Assembly: GCA_951406725.2 (NCBI GenBank)
Contig: OX597814.1
Location: 52,452,001-52,516,000, forward strand
Source: Octopus vulgaris
Lineage: Eukaryota
Length of the DNA stretch: 64,000 nt
Direction: 5' to 3'
Made by a program: the position numbers and the translations under genes. The notes beneath the pieces were generated by a model that saw nothing but the letters and a program-made list of their open reading frames with translations, had not been told where the DNA came from and ran no database searches. Positions 62,385 to 64,000 of this stretch are shown here, piece after piece; the first letter of the stretch is position 1, and each line of letters opens with the position of its first letter.

Positions 62385-62785
62385 TTTTTGTTTCAATCAC
62401 TAGACTATGGCCATGCTGGGGTATCACTTTGAGGAATTTTGGTCAAACTAATCAACCCCAATACTTATTTTCTTTTAAGTCTGGTACTTATTCTATTGGT
62501 CTCTTTGGCAAAACCACTAATTTATGGGGATGTAAACACACCAACTGTCAAGCAGCAACAGGGGCCAAACACAGACACACATAAATGTTTGTATATCTAT
62601 CCTATATGTATACACACACACTCACACACACAACAGGCTTCTTTTAGTTTCCATCTACCAAATCCACTCACAAGGCATTGGTTGGCTAAAGCAGAAAACA
62701 CTTGCCGAGGGTGCCACGCAGCAGTGGGAGTGAACCTGGAGCTATGTTGTTGGGAAAGAAACTTCTTACCAAACAACTACACCTG
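62385..62785 (-). mobile_element. CORE-like SINE, near full length
   Basis: Minus-strand head ...tggtaagaagtttc...aggttcactcccact...ggcaccctcggcaagtg; tail shared with 31288. Confidence 0.72.
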
Positions 62786-64000
62786 TATGTTTGCATATAT
62801 ATATATATATTACATTTACACATATGTATATTGTATTTCCATCCTTAATAAACTAAAATAGAAGTAAAAGCATTTTAAGATTTCAAAAAGTGAAACAAGT
62901 AATGTATTGAAATGTAACAAAATTATATTTATGCTCTTCTGATGGGAATAAATTACACTTATAGACAAAAAAAAAAAAATTTTTTTAACTTTAAATTAAA
63001 AAAAAAAATTATAATTAAAAAAAAATTAAAACAAACTTTTAAAAAATATGTTTTGTAGATTCTGAATTTTTGATGTTCACGATATAAATATCCACAGACA
63101 GTTTTTTAAAAATGCATAAAAACAGTTAAACGTTTCAATAAAATGATTAAGTGATGAAAGATTAAAGAGCAATTGACAGGGAAACACACACATATATATA
63201 TATGTACACACACATAACAATTATGTTTTGCACTGCTGGTTTTCAAAAGGAAAAAAAAAAAATGTCTATTATAAAATATAGGCCAATATATATTTAAAAT
63301 TTGGCGGAAAAAAAGCTTCTTACATTTAAATGTATATCGGTTGACAAAGTATTTATAAATAAATAAAGGAAAAAGAGAGGAAACAAATTAAAGCGTAAAC
63401 AATAAAATGTAGGCAAGATAAGGAAAAGAGAAAAGGAAAGAGAGGGGGTGGAAAGAAAGAGGAAGTAGAGTGACTCAGAAGAGAAAGGAGAAATATAAAA
63501 GAAAATAAAAATAGAGAGAAAAGAGATCCAATTAAATGTGTCAGTCATTGTGACAATGTATGGCAAACAGAGAAAGTCCCAGTAAACAAATAGGAGTAAT
63601 GCTAAGTGAACAGGGAGAGAAAGGACTGGAAGAGAGAAAGAAATGATAGAATTGAGAGAAGAATATAATTAGAGTAGGGGAATCAAAGAATAACAACTCT
63701 TGGGGAAGATGATAAATGGAAGAATGAAAGTTTAACTCTTTAGCAATCACATATTCTGTCCAAAGTATTTATTCACATGTTTTGAATTAATCTTGCATTG
63801 TCTTGTAGGTTTGGAATTTTGATGAGGTAACTGCCATTGATGACAGTAGCTCAGCTAACAAAGAACAAGGTAAGACTAGTGTTTGACTATAGGAAGTTGA
63901 ATCATCACATAACATGTCACAGGAGCTGTGATGCAATGTACATATATAGAGAGAGCGTTTGAACATGGTCACAGATGACAGGAGTAGCTACAACTGTTGA

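Overview
AT-rich eukaryotic DNA with spliceosomal introns, microsatellites and many transposon relics. The SINE families look like those of Octopus (inference from recalled consensus sequences, not a database search). Four host genes can be supported. (1) A queuosine-salvage gene, QNG1/C9orf64-like, on the minus strand; two short coding exons (6703-6807, 4478-4572) are missed by the ORF track, and the gene runs off the left edge. (2) A single-exon TECR-like very-long-chain enoyl-CoA reductase CDS (15601-16515, +) with an altered C-terminal motif. (3) A single-exon RBM34-like CDS (27595-28791, +). (4) KLHL20/diablo with 8 coding exons (55744 to 45666, -), about 576 aa. The rest is Tc1/mariner (including a complete rosa/DD41D-like copy), Merlin-like and piggyBac-like MITEs, Helitrons, Penelope-like, RTE and CR1 relics, tRNA-derived SINEs, and many fold-back hairpins. 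I see no clearly new multi-gene system. The best leads are the hidden QNG1 exons, the divergent intronless TECR beside a Penelope end, decayed hammerhead-like motifs, and a MITE carrying an inverted copy of its own flank.
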